Source: an uncultured Campylobacter sp.
Lineage (GTDB): Bacteria; Campylobacterota; Campylobacteria; Campylobacterales; Campylobacteraceae
Length of the DNA: 64,000 nucleotides
Direction of reading: 5' to 3'
Assembly (NCBI RefSeq): GCF_905372745.1
Contig: NZ_CAJPQR010000003.1
Span: 16,748 to 80,747, forward strand
A program made the translations under genes and the position numbers. Below the pieces are notes generated by a model that saw only the letters and a list, made by a program, of their open reading frames with translations, was not told the DNA's origin and ran no database searches. This document shows positions 1 through 8,998 of this stretch, piece by piece (the first letter of the stretch is position 1; every line of letters begins with the position of its first letter).

Positions 1-624
1 CTGCTTCGCTGCATAAATTTACTCGAAATCCCCGAGGAAGGCGAACTGGAGCTAGACGGCGAGAAGATAAAATTCGGCGGCAAAATTTCGCCAAAAGAGC
101 TACTGCCTTTTCGCAGGCGAACGGGGATGGTGTTTCAGGGATTTCATCTGTTTCCGCATCTAACGGTTTTACAAAACGTGATCGAAGGACCGACGCAGGT
201 ACTTGGCACCGACAAGCAAACGGCGATAAATAAAGCCCTCGAGCTGCTAGGCAAGGTTGGCATGGCGGATAAGCAAAACGCCTATCCGAACAGACTCTCG
301 GGCGGTCAGAGCCAGCGCGTGGCGATAGCTAGGGCGCTAGCGATGGATCCGTCGTTTTTGCTGCTAGACGAGCCAACTAGCGCGCTAGATCCGGAGCTGG
401 AAGCCGAGGTGCTAAAAGTCGTCATAGCCCTAGCCAGAGAGAAAAAATCCCTCGTCATCGTCACGCATAATATGAATTTTGCTCGCAAAGTCGCGGACAG
501 GATTTTATTTTTGGATAAAGGCAAGATCGCGTTTGACGGCGATGCGGAGAGATTTTTCGCTAGCCGAAACGAGCGTATAATGAGCTTTATCTCGGCGATG
601 GATATAAGATTTTTGAAATTTTAG
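1..624 (+). CDS. Polar amino-acid ABC transporter ATP-binding protein (5' end lies outside window)
   Basis: Frame 1 is open from nt 1 (LLRCINLLEIPEEGELELDG...) and runs into the listed 127..624 ORF. ABC signature LSGGQSQRVAIARAL, Walker B LLLDEPTSALD, H-loop VTHNM. Confidence 0.9.
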   Translation: MLRCINLLEIPEEGELELDGEKIKFGGKISPKELLPFRRRTGMVFQGFHLFPHLTVLQNVIEGPTQVLGTDKQTAINKALELLGKVGMADKQNAYPNRLSGGQSQRVAIARALAMDPSFLLLDEPTSALDPELEAEVLKVVIALAREKKSLVIVTHNMNFARKVADRILFLDKGKIAFDGDAERFFASRNERIMSFISAMDIRFLKF

Positions 625-645
625 CGATAAATTTAAGGAGAGAAA

Positions 646-1788
646 ATGAAACTAGACACGCTAATCGTAAAAGGCATCGAGGCCAAGCATAACCCTTTTG
701 GAGCCGTCGTGCCGCCCGTTTATCTGGCGACGACGTTCGTGCAAGAGGGGCTAGACGGCTTTGGCGAGTTTGCCTACTCGCGCGGCGCAAATCCGACTAA
801 ACAGGCGTTTGACGAGCTTTTTGCTAAGGTAGAGGGCAGCAAATACGCATTTAGCTTTGGCTCGGGAATGGCGGCGACGGCAGCGGCTTTTAGTCTGCTA
901 AAAACGGGCGATAAGGTGCTGCTAAACAATAACGTCTACGGCGGCACTTTCCGCTACGTTAGCAATGTCTTTGCGTCGCAGGGCATAAGCTACGAGGCGG
1001 TGGATGATTTAAATTTATTAGAGGAAAAAGATATCGCAAAGGACGTGAGAGCGATATTTATCGAAACGCCCTCAAATCCGCTGCTGCGCGTGACCGACAT
1101 CCGCCGTATCGCAGACATCGCGCACAAAAGAGGCATCCTAGTGATTGCCGATAATACCTTTTTAACGCCTTATTATCAAAAGCTTTTTGATTTTGGCGTA
1201 GATATCGTAGTTTATAGCGCGACGAAATACATCGGCGGACACGCAGACGTGATCGCGGGTATCGTTACGATAAACGACGACGCGCTAGCCGAAAAGATAA
1301 AATTTGCCAGAAATACGTTTGGCGGCATAATCAGCCCGATGGACGCTTATTATCTGATGAGAGGCCTTAAAACCCTTAGCGTGCGCTTTGATCGCCAGAC
1401 GCAAAATACGCATAAAATCATCGAATTTTTAAAATCGCACGAAGCGGTAGATGCGGTGCACTACGCGGGATCGCACTCGCAGCTAGAAAAGCAGATCCAG
1501 GCCCGCCAAGCAAGCGATATCGGCGCGGTTATATCGCTGGAGCTAAACGAAAAATACGACTATAAAATTTTTGCCAAATCTCTGGAGCTTTTTGATCTAG
1601 CCGTGAGTCTTGGCGGCGTTGAGAGCCTCATCTGCCAGCCCGCGTCCATGACGCACGAATCATACCCTAAAGAGCTGCAAGATAAAATCGGCATAAAGCC
1701 TAATCTGCTGCGCCTTGCTATCGGCGTAGAAAACGCAGACGACCTAATCGCCGATCTGGCTCAGGCGATAAAAAAGGCTAAAATTTAA
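646..1788 (+). CDS. Cys/Met-metabolism PLP-dependent enzyme (cystathionine beta-lyase / gamma-synthase family)
   Basis: 380-aa ORF with AGGAG-type RBS (aaggagagaaaATG). PLP-lysine motif YSATKYIGGHADV. Family-typical ETPSNPLL and LGGVESL segments. Confidence 0.85.
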   Translation: MKLDTLIVKGIEAKHNPFGAVVPPVYLATTFVQEGLDGFGEFAYSRGANPTKQAFDELFAKVEGSKYAFSFGSGMAATAAAFSLLKTGDKVLLNNNVYGGTFRYVSNVFASQGISYEAVDDLNLLEEKDIAKDVRAIFIETPSNPLLRVTDIRRIADIAHKRGILVIADNTFLTPYYQKLFDFGVDIVVYSATKYIGGHADVIAGIVTINDDALAEKIKFARNTFGGIISPMDAYYLMRGLKTLSVRFDRQTQNTHKIIEFLKSHEAVDAVHYAGSHSQLEKQIQARQASDIGAVISLELNEKYDYKIFAKSLELFDLAVSLGGVESLICQPASMTHESYPKELQDKIGIKPNLLRLAIGVENADDLIADLAQAIKKAKI

Positions 1789-1797
1789 CTTTGCTTG

Positions 1798-1905
1798 CCG
1801 CCTTGGCGCTTTTGTCGCTCGGGCTAAATTTATCAAATTTAGCCTTGACTAGGCGCGCAAATGGGTGCGCCTAGTTTGATAAAGCGGCACCCGGCGCCAA
1901 GGCGG
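1798..1905 (+). terminator. Compound inverted repeat downstream of the PLP-enzyme gene: an outer 12-bp stem enclosing two hairpins, followed by a T-run
   Basis: The outer stem pairs ccgccttggcgc (1798-1809) with gcgccaaggcgg (1894-1905). Inner hairpin 1 is ggctaaattt-atc-aaatttagcc (1822-1844). Inner hairpin 2 is ctaggcgc-N10-gcgcctag (1849-1874). The sequence ctttatttttt follows. Confidence 0.45.
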
Positions 1906-2627
1906 GCGTAAATTTCTTTATTTTTTAAATCCGCGCTTTTTGGCGAGCAAGGCGCTATAAATTTTACGGCGCGTCTTTTACCGCTGAGGTAGGCTACGTT
2001 TTAGATGCGGAGAAATTTGAGTTTAGAGTCTTTGATTATCTTTGCGCGCCGACCTTTATGACCGGATTTACGCAAACGGCGATAAATTTACTTTTTGCGC
2101 GCTTAGAAAGAAGCGAGGAGCGATCCGGCATTTACGAGATCGTAGATACCGCCCTGTAACCCGAGCGGCAAAATCCTAAACACGGTAAAAGAGGGCGGGC
2201 CGATATCGGCGCGAGCTTGTTCTTGAGGCGGGTGCTCGTTAGGGCGGCGACAAATTTATCTTTTTTTGAGATTTGTTACGCCGAGGATTTTGGCGGTGGC
2301 TTTGGCTAGAGATAAAGGCTAGAAAGCGTGCCGCATTTGACTAAATTTAGACGTATTTTGCTTGCGGGTTAGTTTGAGATGCCTTTTTAGCTGTAAATTC
2401 GTTAAATTTCACTTTCTTTTGTCAAATTTAACCTAAATTTTTAAAAAATCGCGACTAAATTTAGCTCGGTTTTAGGATAAAAACCGTATCATTGTCTAAA
2501 ATTTAACACAAAGGAAACAAATGCGAAAGATAAGTAAACATTTTCCTTCTACTCTCTCTCTGATTTTGCCGCGTCTCGTTTAAATTTAATCCGCCAAGTC
2601 CCAAAAACCCTAAAAAGAGCTTTTACT

Positions 2628-3467
2628 ATGGTCGAACTTATCATCGTTATCTTGGTCGTGGGCATACTGGCTCTGATTGCGCTACCTAAGGTAAAGGAAG
2701 ACCGCCTATATGAGGCGGTCGATCAAATCGTCGCGCTGATCCGCTATACGCAGCAATTAGCAATACAAGACAATCTTTATAATCCAAACGATCCTAATTG
2801 GTTTAAAAAAAGATGGGGTATACAGCTTGCAAATTGTCAAGAAGCACAAAATCAATTTGGACTCGTAGAACTACCTTTTGGACTTACTGTTTTTAAGGAG
2901 ACTAATCCCGGCGGAACGCCTAGGCCTATATTTGCTAAAGACCCTTCTAATCCTAACGTCTTTTTATACAGCGGCTATGCTTTTGAACATTCATCGTCCC
3001 GCCAATTACCCTGCGATTTAAGCAAATTTAACAATAAGCTTAATTTTGTTAGAAAAGGAGTTATTCATGTATACATCGGCGGATTTGCCGCTAATCCCGT
3101 AGATAGCATATCCATAACAGGCATGTTAAACGGTACTTCCCTAGGAAACGTATCTCCGTCTAGATTAAACTGCATAAATAACCCGTACACAAGTAGAACA
3201 CTAAGCTTTGACGAATTTGGTAGACCTCATATATCGCACGTTCTTCAACGTTCGTACGGCGGGAGAGTCGTACATTGCGGACAAACGAACGCTCAAGCAG
3301 AAGGTGCGGGATATATGTATAAACGTTTTAAATTTACGATATCCGGACGAAAGCAAGAGGCTAATATTTATATAGAGGGCGATACTGGCTTTGTTCATGT
3401 AAGGTATAAGGACAAGGATTATACGTATAGATTTATTCCGTATGAATGGGATGCTGAGGGATATTGA
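2628..3467 (+). CDS. Orphan type IV pilin / T2SS pseudopilin-like protein (prepilin-type N-terminal hydrophobic helix; GspH/FimT-like)
   Basis: The N-terminus MVELIIVILVVGILALIALPK is the conserved pilin helix with Glu. The upstream in-frame codons read L-K-R-A-F-T, a class III leader/cleavage context. There is no in-frame ATG/GTG/TTG between the stop at 2535 and 2628. The gene is visibly AT-richer than its neighbours. Confidence 0.6.
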   Translation: MVELIIVILVVGILALIALPKVKEDRLYEAVDQIVALIRYTQQLAIQDNLYNPNDPNWFKKRWGIQLANCQEAQNQFGLVELPFGLTVFKETNPGGTPRPIFAKDPSNPNVFLYSGYAFEHSSSRQLPCDLSKFNNKLNFVRKGVIHVYIGGFAANPVDSISITGMLNGTSLGNVSPSRLNCINNPYTSRTLSFDEFGRPHISHVLQRSYGGRVVHCGQTNAQAEGAGYMYKRFKFTISGRKQEANIYIEGDTGFVHVRYKDKDYTYRFIPYEWDAEGY

Positions 3468-4080
3468 CCCAAGCATAAAGCCTATAAGACAAATATCTAA
3501 GGTAAATTTACGTTAAAGTCCGCATAAATTTATACGGATTTCTCGCAAATCAAATTTAGCCGCCTTTGTCGCGGACTAGATGATTTCTCGCATTTTTGGT
3601 TTAAATTTACCCCAAACGTTTGCGCTATCCATCCGTGCGGCGCAAAAACGGGCGGGTGTTTGAAAACCGCAGGGTTGATGATCAGGCATGCCCCGCTAGC
3701 TCAAGAGGCGGCGGGTAGGTTTTGCCATCCGGACTAGTCGGCGGATTTGACGGTTTTGACGGATTTATCTTAGTTTGCCGCGATCAAACCGCTCATCCCG
3801 ACGGCAAACATCGGCGGCATAAATTTGCGCCCGAGCTAGCCGCCAGCTACGCTTTTGGCTAGAGGCTAAATTTATAAGCCGCACAAGAAATTACGTCGCA
3901 GCATCTTGCGCATTTTTGCCTGCCTTGTTTGAGCGACGTAAATTTACGATCTACCGCTTAGAAACTGGCGCGATTTAGCGCAAAACGCTCCGTGCGGGGC
4001 GGCTTTGTTTGCTCGCATTCTTGCCGTAGATACAAAATCATCCTGAAACTCTTCGTCTCGAGGCAAGTATTTAGCGCGGT

Positions 4081-4515
4081 TTAAAACGGCTTATACACCA
4101 TCATCCAGATGATAATAACCATCGCGATGGTCGGCACTTCGTTGTAAGCGCGAAAGAACATGCCGCTTTTCTTACAGCGTTTCTCGCGCAGCTGCACCAT
4201 ATAGCGGCCAAGATCCAGATGAAACGCCGCAAGGATAACGACGACGGTGAGCTTGACGTGCATGTAGCCGCTGCGCAAAAGCTCAGGCATCGCGACGATG
4301 ATCAAAATGCCCGTCAAAAACGTGCCGATCAGCGCGACCCAGCCGATGTAGTGGTACATCTTGTACTCCTGCACCTCGACGACGCGTACGAAATCAGGCT
4401 TGTCCATATTCTCCGCGTGATAGACGTAGAGGCGCGGCTGATAGAACAAAAACGCCATCCACGAGATGAAACACAAGTAGTGGAAGTACTTGATGAGATT
4501 GTAATACTCTGCCAT
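4081..4515 (-). CDS. hemJ: HemJ-family protoporphyrinogen IX oxidase (UPF0093 membrane protein)
   Basis: 144 aa with 4 predicted TM segments. Family motif FYQPRLYVYHAEN. RBS aaaaggagaaaaaATG on the minus strand. Confidence 0.75.
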   Translation of the reverse strand: MAEYYNLIKYFHYLCFISWMAFLFYQPRLYVYHAENMDKPDFVRVVEVQEYKMYHYIGWVALIGTFLTGILIIVAMPELLRSGYMHVKLTVVVILAAFHLDLGRYMVQLREKRCKKSGMFFRAYNEVPTIAMVIIIWMMVYKPF

Positions 4516-4561
4516 TTTTTCTCCTTTTAATTTTTATTTTAGAGGCTTGTCTTTTTGCCCT

Positions 4562-4920
4562 ATACTTCGCTTTGCTTCCCTTGCGGTCGCAACTGCAAGC
4601 AGAAGGAAATTTTGCCGAAGCTCGGTTACGTATTATTTATACGCGCCCTCGATCGGCTCATTTCCGCCTCGTCTCCTCGTAGCGAAGTTTAGCTTCACTG
4701 CGTTTGCTACTGCAAGCAGAACGTTACGAGCGCTTGCGCGAAGTAAAAAGAAAAAATACTTCGCCTTATCGTTTTGCGCTCAAATTTGAAGTTAAATTTG
4801 CAAATTTGAGCCACCGAGACCCGCACCTTGAAAATGCTAAAATTTAGATTCAAAATTTTTAAAACGCAACAATCAAAAAGCTTTTTGCTTCGCTACGCTT
4901 GCAACTGTTAGCAGATCGCC
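4562..4920. repeat. Three irregularly spaced copies of a ~35-40-nt word (cttcgct..gctt..gcaactgcaagcaga) inside an ORF-free spacer
   Basis: The cores are gcaactgcaagcaga at 4589-4603, gctactgcaagcaga at 4706-4720 and gcaactgttagcaga at 4901-4915. Each is preceded by a ttcgct/ttcact..gc(t)tt segment. A related cttcgcttcgctcgttacg..ggcaacaagttgcc word occurs at 45690-45730. Confidence 0.6.
4756..4846 (+). repeat. Dispersed ~90-nt intergenic repeat, copy A
   Basis: Copy A reads atacttcgccttatcgttttgcgctcaaatttgaagttaaatttgcaaatttgagccaccgagacccgcaccttgaaaatgctaaaattt. It aligns at about 85% by eye with 45543-45636. Its 3' part recurs inverted at 45875-45905. Confidence 0.75.
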
Positions 4921-5067
4921 TCTAAACGATAGCGAAGCCGAAATTCGGTAGGTAACTACTTTGAGCGTTTGGATTTTAAAAATTTGGGCTCAGGGTTCTA
5001 TTTTAGGCAGTAGATTAAAAGCTAAATTTGAAGCAATTTTAAAAATTTCAACAAATTTAACCGACCC

Positions 5068-5430
5068 TCACCCTAGCAAAATTTCCTTCCTTGCCTCAAA
5101 TTCCTCTTTGCTTATCGCGCCGCTCTCATAAAGCTCGTAGAGGCGTCTAAGCCGCTCCTCGAGGTCTTGCGCGCGCAGTTTGTCTTTTAGCGCTTCTTTT
5201 TTCTGATTTTTCTCGACCGCCGCGCCGGTTAGGCGTAGATCAAAGAGCCACCACGCGCCCCAAAGCGCCCAAAATACGTAGCCGACAAGCGCCCAAGCTA
5301 GGCTATATCCGATGAAAAACAGCGCCATCATCGCAAAGCCGCTCACGAATTTGCCTAGATAAAATCTATGCCCGCCAAACCAGCCCGTAAGCAACCAAAG
5401 CGCGTAGGCTATATAAACGTTATCGCCCAT
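5068..5430 (-). CDS. TM2-domain membrane protein with C-terminal SHOCT-like helix
   Basis: TM2 motif LLTGWFGGHRFYLGK. C-terminal LYESGAISKEEFEARKEILL. The start overlaps the lspA stop. Confidence 0.7.
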   Translation of the reverse strand: MGDNVYIAYALWLLTGWFGGHRFYLGKFVSGFAMMALFFIGYSLAWALVGYVFWALWGAWWLFDLRLTGAAVEKNQKKEALKDKLRAQDLEERLRRLYELYESGAISKEEFEARKEILLG

Positions 5431-5950
5431 TTTTAGCCCCTTTTCGTCCCACGGCGAAGCTCTGCCAGAGTGTGAGTACGACCCCGACGTCGATCATAAC
5501 GTCTGCGAGGTTAAAGATCGCAAACTCAAACCACTTGTGCCAGTAGACGTAGTCCACGACGCCGCCGTGAACGAAACGGTCGAGCAAATTTGAGCTACCC
5601 GCGCCCAGTATTATACCCGCTCCTAGCGCGTGCTCTTCTAAAATTTCCTTTTTTTCGCTATCTTGGGTCAAATTTGACTCCGTTTTCGCTGCGTCCCGCG
5701 CGTCAAATTTGCGCTTTAGTCGCCAGAGTAGATAAGCGCAAACGCCCGCGATCAGCACTAGCTGGATAAATTTGAGCCATTCCCCCAGAAACGCAAACAT
5801 CGAAAACGCCACGCCGCGGTTGTATGCAAGCACTAGCGAAAAGTACTCGCCCTGCCACGAAAAACCGCCCAAAAATATCTGCTTGACCGCCTGATCGAGT
5901 GCTAAAACGACGAAAAACGCCGCGAAAAAAACGCCTAAAATTTTAGCCAT
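5420..5950 (-). CDS. lspA: Lipoprotein signal peptidase II
   Basis: Motifs YNRGVAFSM and [12 protein letters not shown]. It carries a charged insert ([31 protein letters not shown]) encoded by AAATTT-word DNA. Confidence 0.85.
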   Translation of the reverse strand: MAKILGVFFAAFFVVLALDQAVKQIFLGGFSWQGEYFSLVLAYNRGVAFSMFAFLGEWLKFIQLVLIAGVCAYLLWRLKRKFDARDAAKTESNLTQDSEKKEILEEHALGAGIILGAGSSNLLDRFVHGGVVDYVYWHKWFEFAIFNLADVMIDVGVVLTLWQSFAVGRKGAKNGR

Positions 5951-7286
5951 TTAGCGCTTTTACGAAAAATTTCTCGACCTCGTCCATGCGGGTTTTTAGC
6001 GCGTCGGCACACTTGCCCTCGATCAAAAGTCTGATGAGGTTTTCGGTGCCCGAGTATCGAAATAGCGAGCGGATGCCCTCTTTTGCGAGGCTTGCTTCAA
6101 GCTCTTTTAGCCCGGCGATGCTTTCAAGCGGCTTTTTCTCTGTTATCTTTAAATTTAGCAAAATTTGCGGATACGGCTTTATCTCGCTTAAAATTTCGCT
6201 CGCTTTTTTACCCTTTTTTAGCACCAGTGCCGCAAACTGCAGCGCCGCCACGAGTCCGTCGCCCGTCTTTGCGTAGTCGCTAAAGATGATGTGACCGCTT
6301 TGTTCGCCGCCGAAATTCGTGCCGTTTTCTTTCATCTTTTCAAGCACGTATTTGTCGCCGACGTTTGCGCGTAGGAGCTTGATTTTGTGGGATTTTAGGT
6401 AGTCTTCGAGTGCTGCGTTGCTCATCACGGTAGCCACGACCGCGCCGCCTTTTAGGGCTTTGTTTTCTTGTAAAAATGCCGCCATGACGCCTAGCAAACT
6501 ATCGCCGTTTGCCACCTCGCCGCACTCGTCTACGACCACGAGTCTATCGGCGTCGCCGTCAAACGCAAAGCCCAGATCGGCCCGCAATCGCACGACCTCG
6601 GAGGCTAAATTTTGCGGATAGAGCGCGCCGCAGTTTAGGTTTATGTTGCTGCCGTTTGGTTCGTCGTTTATGACGATGGTTTCAGCTCCCAGCTCGCTAA
6701 ATATAGTCGGAGCGACCTTGTACGCAGCGCCGTTTGCGACGTCTAAAACCACGCGCAGTCCGTGCAGGCTTAGGTTTTTAGGAAATGAGTTTTTGATCTG
6801 CACGATATAGCGGCCGATGACGTCGTCGATGCGCTTTGCGGCGCCGATTTCAAGCATCTGTTTTTGCGATCTTTCTATGAGCGCGTCGTCATAATAAATC
6901 TTTTCTATCTGCTCTTCGGCCTCTTCGCCCAGTTTATTGCCGTCGCTGCCAAAAAATTTGATGCCGTTATCGTAATACGGGTTGTGCGAGGCGCTGATCA
7001 TGATGCCCGCGTCGCAGCGCATATCCTCGGTGAGAAACGCTATCGCAGGAGTAGGCATCGGGCCGATCTGACGGACGTTGTAGCCCACGGCCGTGAGCCC
7101 CGCGACGATGGCGGTCTCGATCATGTAGCCGCTTTTGCGCGTGTCTTTGCCTAGTAAAATAGTGTTCGTATGCGACGCAAACTGTCTAAAATATATCCCC
7201 GCAGCCATAGCAAGGCGCATGGACGTTGCGGCGGATAGTTTTTCGCCGGCTTTGCCGCGGACGCCGTCGGTACCGAATAGTTTCAT
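5943..7286 (-). CDS. glmM: Phosphoglucosamine mutase
   Basis: 447 aa. Active-site [15 protein letters not shown]. Mg-binding FDGDADR. N-terminal [11 protein letters not shown]. Confidence 0.95.
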   Translation of the reverse strand: MKLFGTDGVRGKAGEKLSAATSMRLAMAAGIYFRQFASHTNTILLGKDTRKSGYMIETAIVAGLTAVGYNVRQIGPMPTPAIAFLTEDMRCDAGIMISASHNPYYDNGIKFFGSDGNKLGEEAEEQIEKIYYDDALIERSQKQMLEIGAAKRIDDVIGRYIVQIKNSFPKNLSLHGLRVVLDVANGAAYKVAPTIFSELGAETIVINDEPNGSNINLNCGALYPQNLASEVVRLRADLGFAFDGDADRLVVVDECGEVANGDSLLGVMAAFLQENKALKGGAVVATVMSNAALEDYLKSHKIKLLRANVGDKYVLEKMKENGTNFGGEQSGHIIFSDYAKTGDGLVAALQFAALVLKKGKKASEILSEIKPYPQILLNLKITEKKPLESIAGLKELEASLAKEGIRSLFRYSGTENLIRLLIEGKCADALKTRMDEVEKFFVKALNG

Positions 7287-7313
7287 TATCTTTCCTTTTT
7301 TTAAAATTTCTAC

Positions 7314-7431
7314 GGCCTTATCTCTTGAGTATATTTAAAAGGGCTAGCAAAAATAAATGCTCACGGACGACCAGTCCGCTCCGCTTTATTTTTGCGTCGC
7401 AACTTTTAAATCTATCTCAAGATATAAAGCC
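7314..7431. other. 118-nt three-tier imperfect hairpin in the glmM/rpsT divergent region
   Basis: The outer arms are ggccttatctcttgagtatatttaaaag (7314-7341) and cttttaaatctatctcaagatataaagcc (7403-7431), about 24/28 paired. The middle stem is a perfect 11 bp: gcaaaaataaa (7347-7357) with tttatttttgc (7385-7395). The apical stem is cggac-gacca-gtccg (7364-7378). Confidence 0.6.
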
Positions 7432-7651
7432 TTATCAACTTTTTGGGTGGCAAACACTGCGTCTTTAAATTTATGGTAAGATAAAATTTGCCCGCCAAAT
7501 TCCATAAATTCATTAAATTTTCGACCTATTCTATCAAAAAATATCCAAATTTAAGTTGTAAATTTACTCGCTTTAAATTTTACTTAAATTAAGCGGATTT
7601 TAAAACTGGTTTTTATATAATCACGGACTAAAATTATGAAAAAGGGACATT

Positions 7652-7918
7652 ATGGCAAACCATAAATCTTCTGAAAAAAGAGCCAGACAGACTATCAAAA
7701 GGACTGAAAGAAACAGATTTTACCGCACTAGGCTTAAAAATATCACTAAAGCCGTGCGCGTAGCCGTTGAGGCAGGCGATAAAGAAGCCGCGCTAAACGC
7801 GTTTAAAGTGGCAAACAAAGATTTCCACAGCTTCGTTAGCAAGGGCTTTTTGAAAAAACAAACAGCTTCTCGCCGCGTAGGACGTCTCGCAAAACTCGTA
7901 AATAAACTATCTGCTTAA
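7652..7918 (+). CDS. rpsT: 30S ribosomal protein S20
   Basis: 88 aa, basic. [13 protein letters not shown]... is the typical S20 N-terminus. Confidence 0.95.
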   Translation: MANHKSSEKRARQTIKRTERNRFYRTRLKNITKAVRVAVEAGDKEAALNAFKVANKDFHSFVSKGFLKKQTASRRVGRLAKLVNKLSA

Positions 7919-7930
7919 TCTAAATTTTTA

Positions 7931-8998
7931 ATGTTAGCCGACAAACTGCAGCCTTTTTTGGATCGCTACGACGAGCTCTCTCGTCTACTTAGCGATCCGT
8001 CTATCACAAACGATATCGCAAATATGACCAAGCTCTCCAAAGAGCAATCAAATTTAGAAGATATCGCCTCGGCTGCAAAGTCCTATCTACAAACTCTCGC
8101 GGACATCGAGGAGAACAAGGCTTTGCTCGATGACGCCGAGCTTGGCGAGCTAGCCAAAGACGAACTAAAAAATCTCGAATCCAAAAAAGAAAATCTCGAA
8201 GAAGAGATTAAAATTTTACTCCTTCCAAAAGATCCGAATGACGATAAAAACGTATTTTTAGAGATCCGCGCGGGAACGGGCGGAGATGAAGCGGCGCTTT
8301 TTGCGGGCGATTTGTTTAACGCCTATGCCAGATACGCCGAGCTTCGCGGGTATAAATTCGAGATCGTGAGTCAAAGCGAAGGTAATACGGGCGGTTTTAA
8401 AGAGATTATTTTGCTGATAAAGGGCAAGGGGGCGTACTCGAGGCTCAAATTTGAGGGCGGCACCCACCGCGTACAGCGCGTACCCGAGACCGAAAGCCAG
8501 GGTCGTGTGCACACCTCTGCAGTCACCGTCGCTATCATGCCAGAAGTCGAAGACAGCGAGATCGAGATAAATCCAAACGACCTTCGTATCGACGTTATGC
8601 GCAGCTCCGGTCACGGCGGACAGTCGGTAAATACGACCGACTCGGCGGTGCGAATCACCCACATCCCCACAGGCATCGTCGTCACGAACCAAGACGGCAA
8701 AAGCCAGCACAAAAACAAAGAAGCCGCGATGAAGGTGCTAAAAGCGCGCCTTTACGAGATACAAGAAGAAGAGCGCCTAGCCAAAGAAACCAGCGAGCGC
8801 AAAAGCCAAGTCGGCACGGGCGACCGCTCGGGACGTATCCGCACCTACAACTTCCCGCAAAACCGCATCAGCGACCATCGCATAAATTTGACGCTTTATC
8901 GCCTCGACGCGATAATGGCGGCAGGGCTTTTCGACGAGATCATCGAGCCGCTGATTGCGCATTATCAAGCCGAAGCAATCTCGGACGCTGAAATTTAA
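7931..8998 (+). CDS. prfA: Peptide chain release factor 1
   Basis: 355 aa. GGQ motif [25 protein letters not shown]-1 type tripeptide region [10 protein letters not shown]. Confidence 0.96.
   Translation: MLADKLQPFLDRYDELSRLLSDPSITNDIANMTKLSKEQSNLEDIASAAKSYLQTLADIEENKALLDDAELGELAKDELKNLESKKENLEEEIKILLLPKDPNDDKNVFLEIRAGTGGDEAALFAGDLFNAYARYAELRGYKFEIVSQSEGNTGGFKEIILLIKGKGAYSRLKFEGGTHRVQRVPETESQGRVHTSAVTVAIMPEVEDSEIEINPNDLRIDVMRSSGHGGQSVNTTDSAVRITHIPTGIVVTNQDGKSQHKNKEAAMKVLKARLYEIQEEERLAKETSERKSQVGTGDRSGRIRTYNFPQNRISDHRINLTLYRLDAIMAAGLFDEIIEPLIAHYQAEAISDAEI

Noticed and set aside
4547-4789. An 80-aa ORF, and its analogue 45381..45596, in the long spacers.
   Set aside because: They are translations of the dispersed repeat modules. 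They have no RBS and a low-complexity product, and the homology between copies is at the DNA level and frame-independent.
4562-4920. A possible CRISPR array suggested by the three gcaactgcaagcaga-type direct repeats.
   Set aside because: There are only three imperfect copies with irregular spacing (117 and 195 nt). No cas genes are present and the repeat length and structure are unlike CRISPR.
8258-8710. Long antisense ORFs inside strongly supported genes. Examples: 306..524, 4219..4530, 5986..6276, 6864..7154, 8258..8710, 10213..10674, 11718..12128, 16050..16502, 18082..18657, 28721..29026, 49794..50171.
   Set aside because: Each lies opposite a gene with clear catalytic or family motifs. 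They have no RBS and Ser/Arg/Ala-rich low-complexity translations, typical of the shadow frame of GC-moderate genes.
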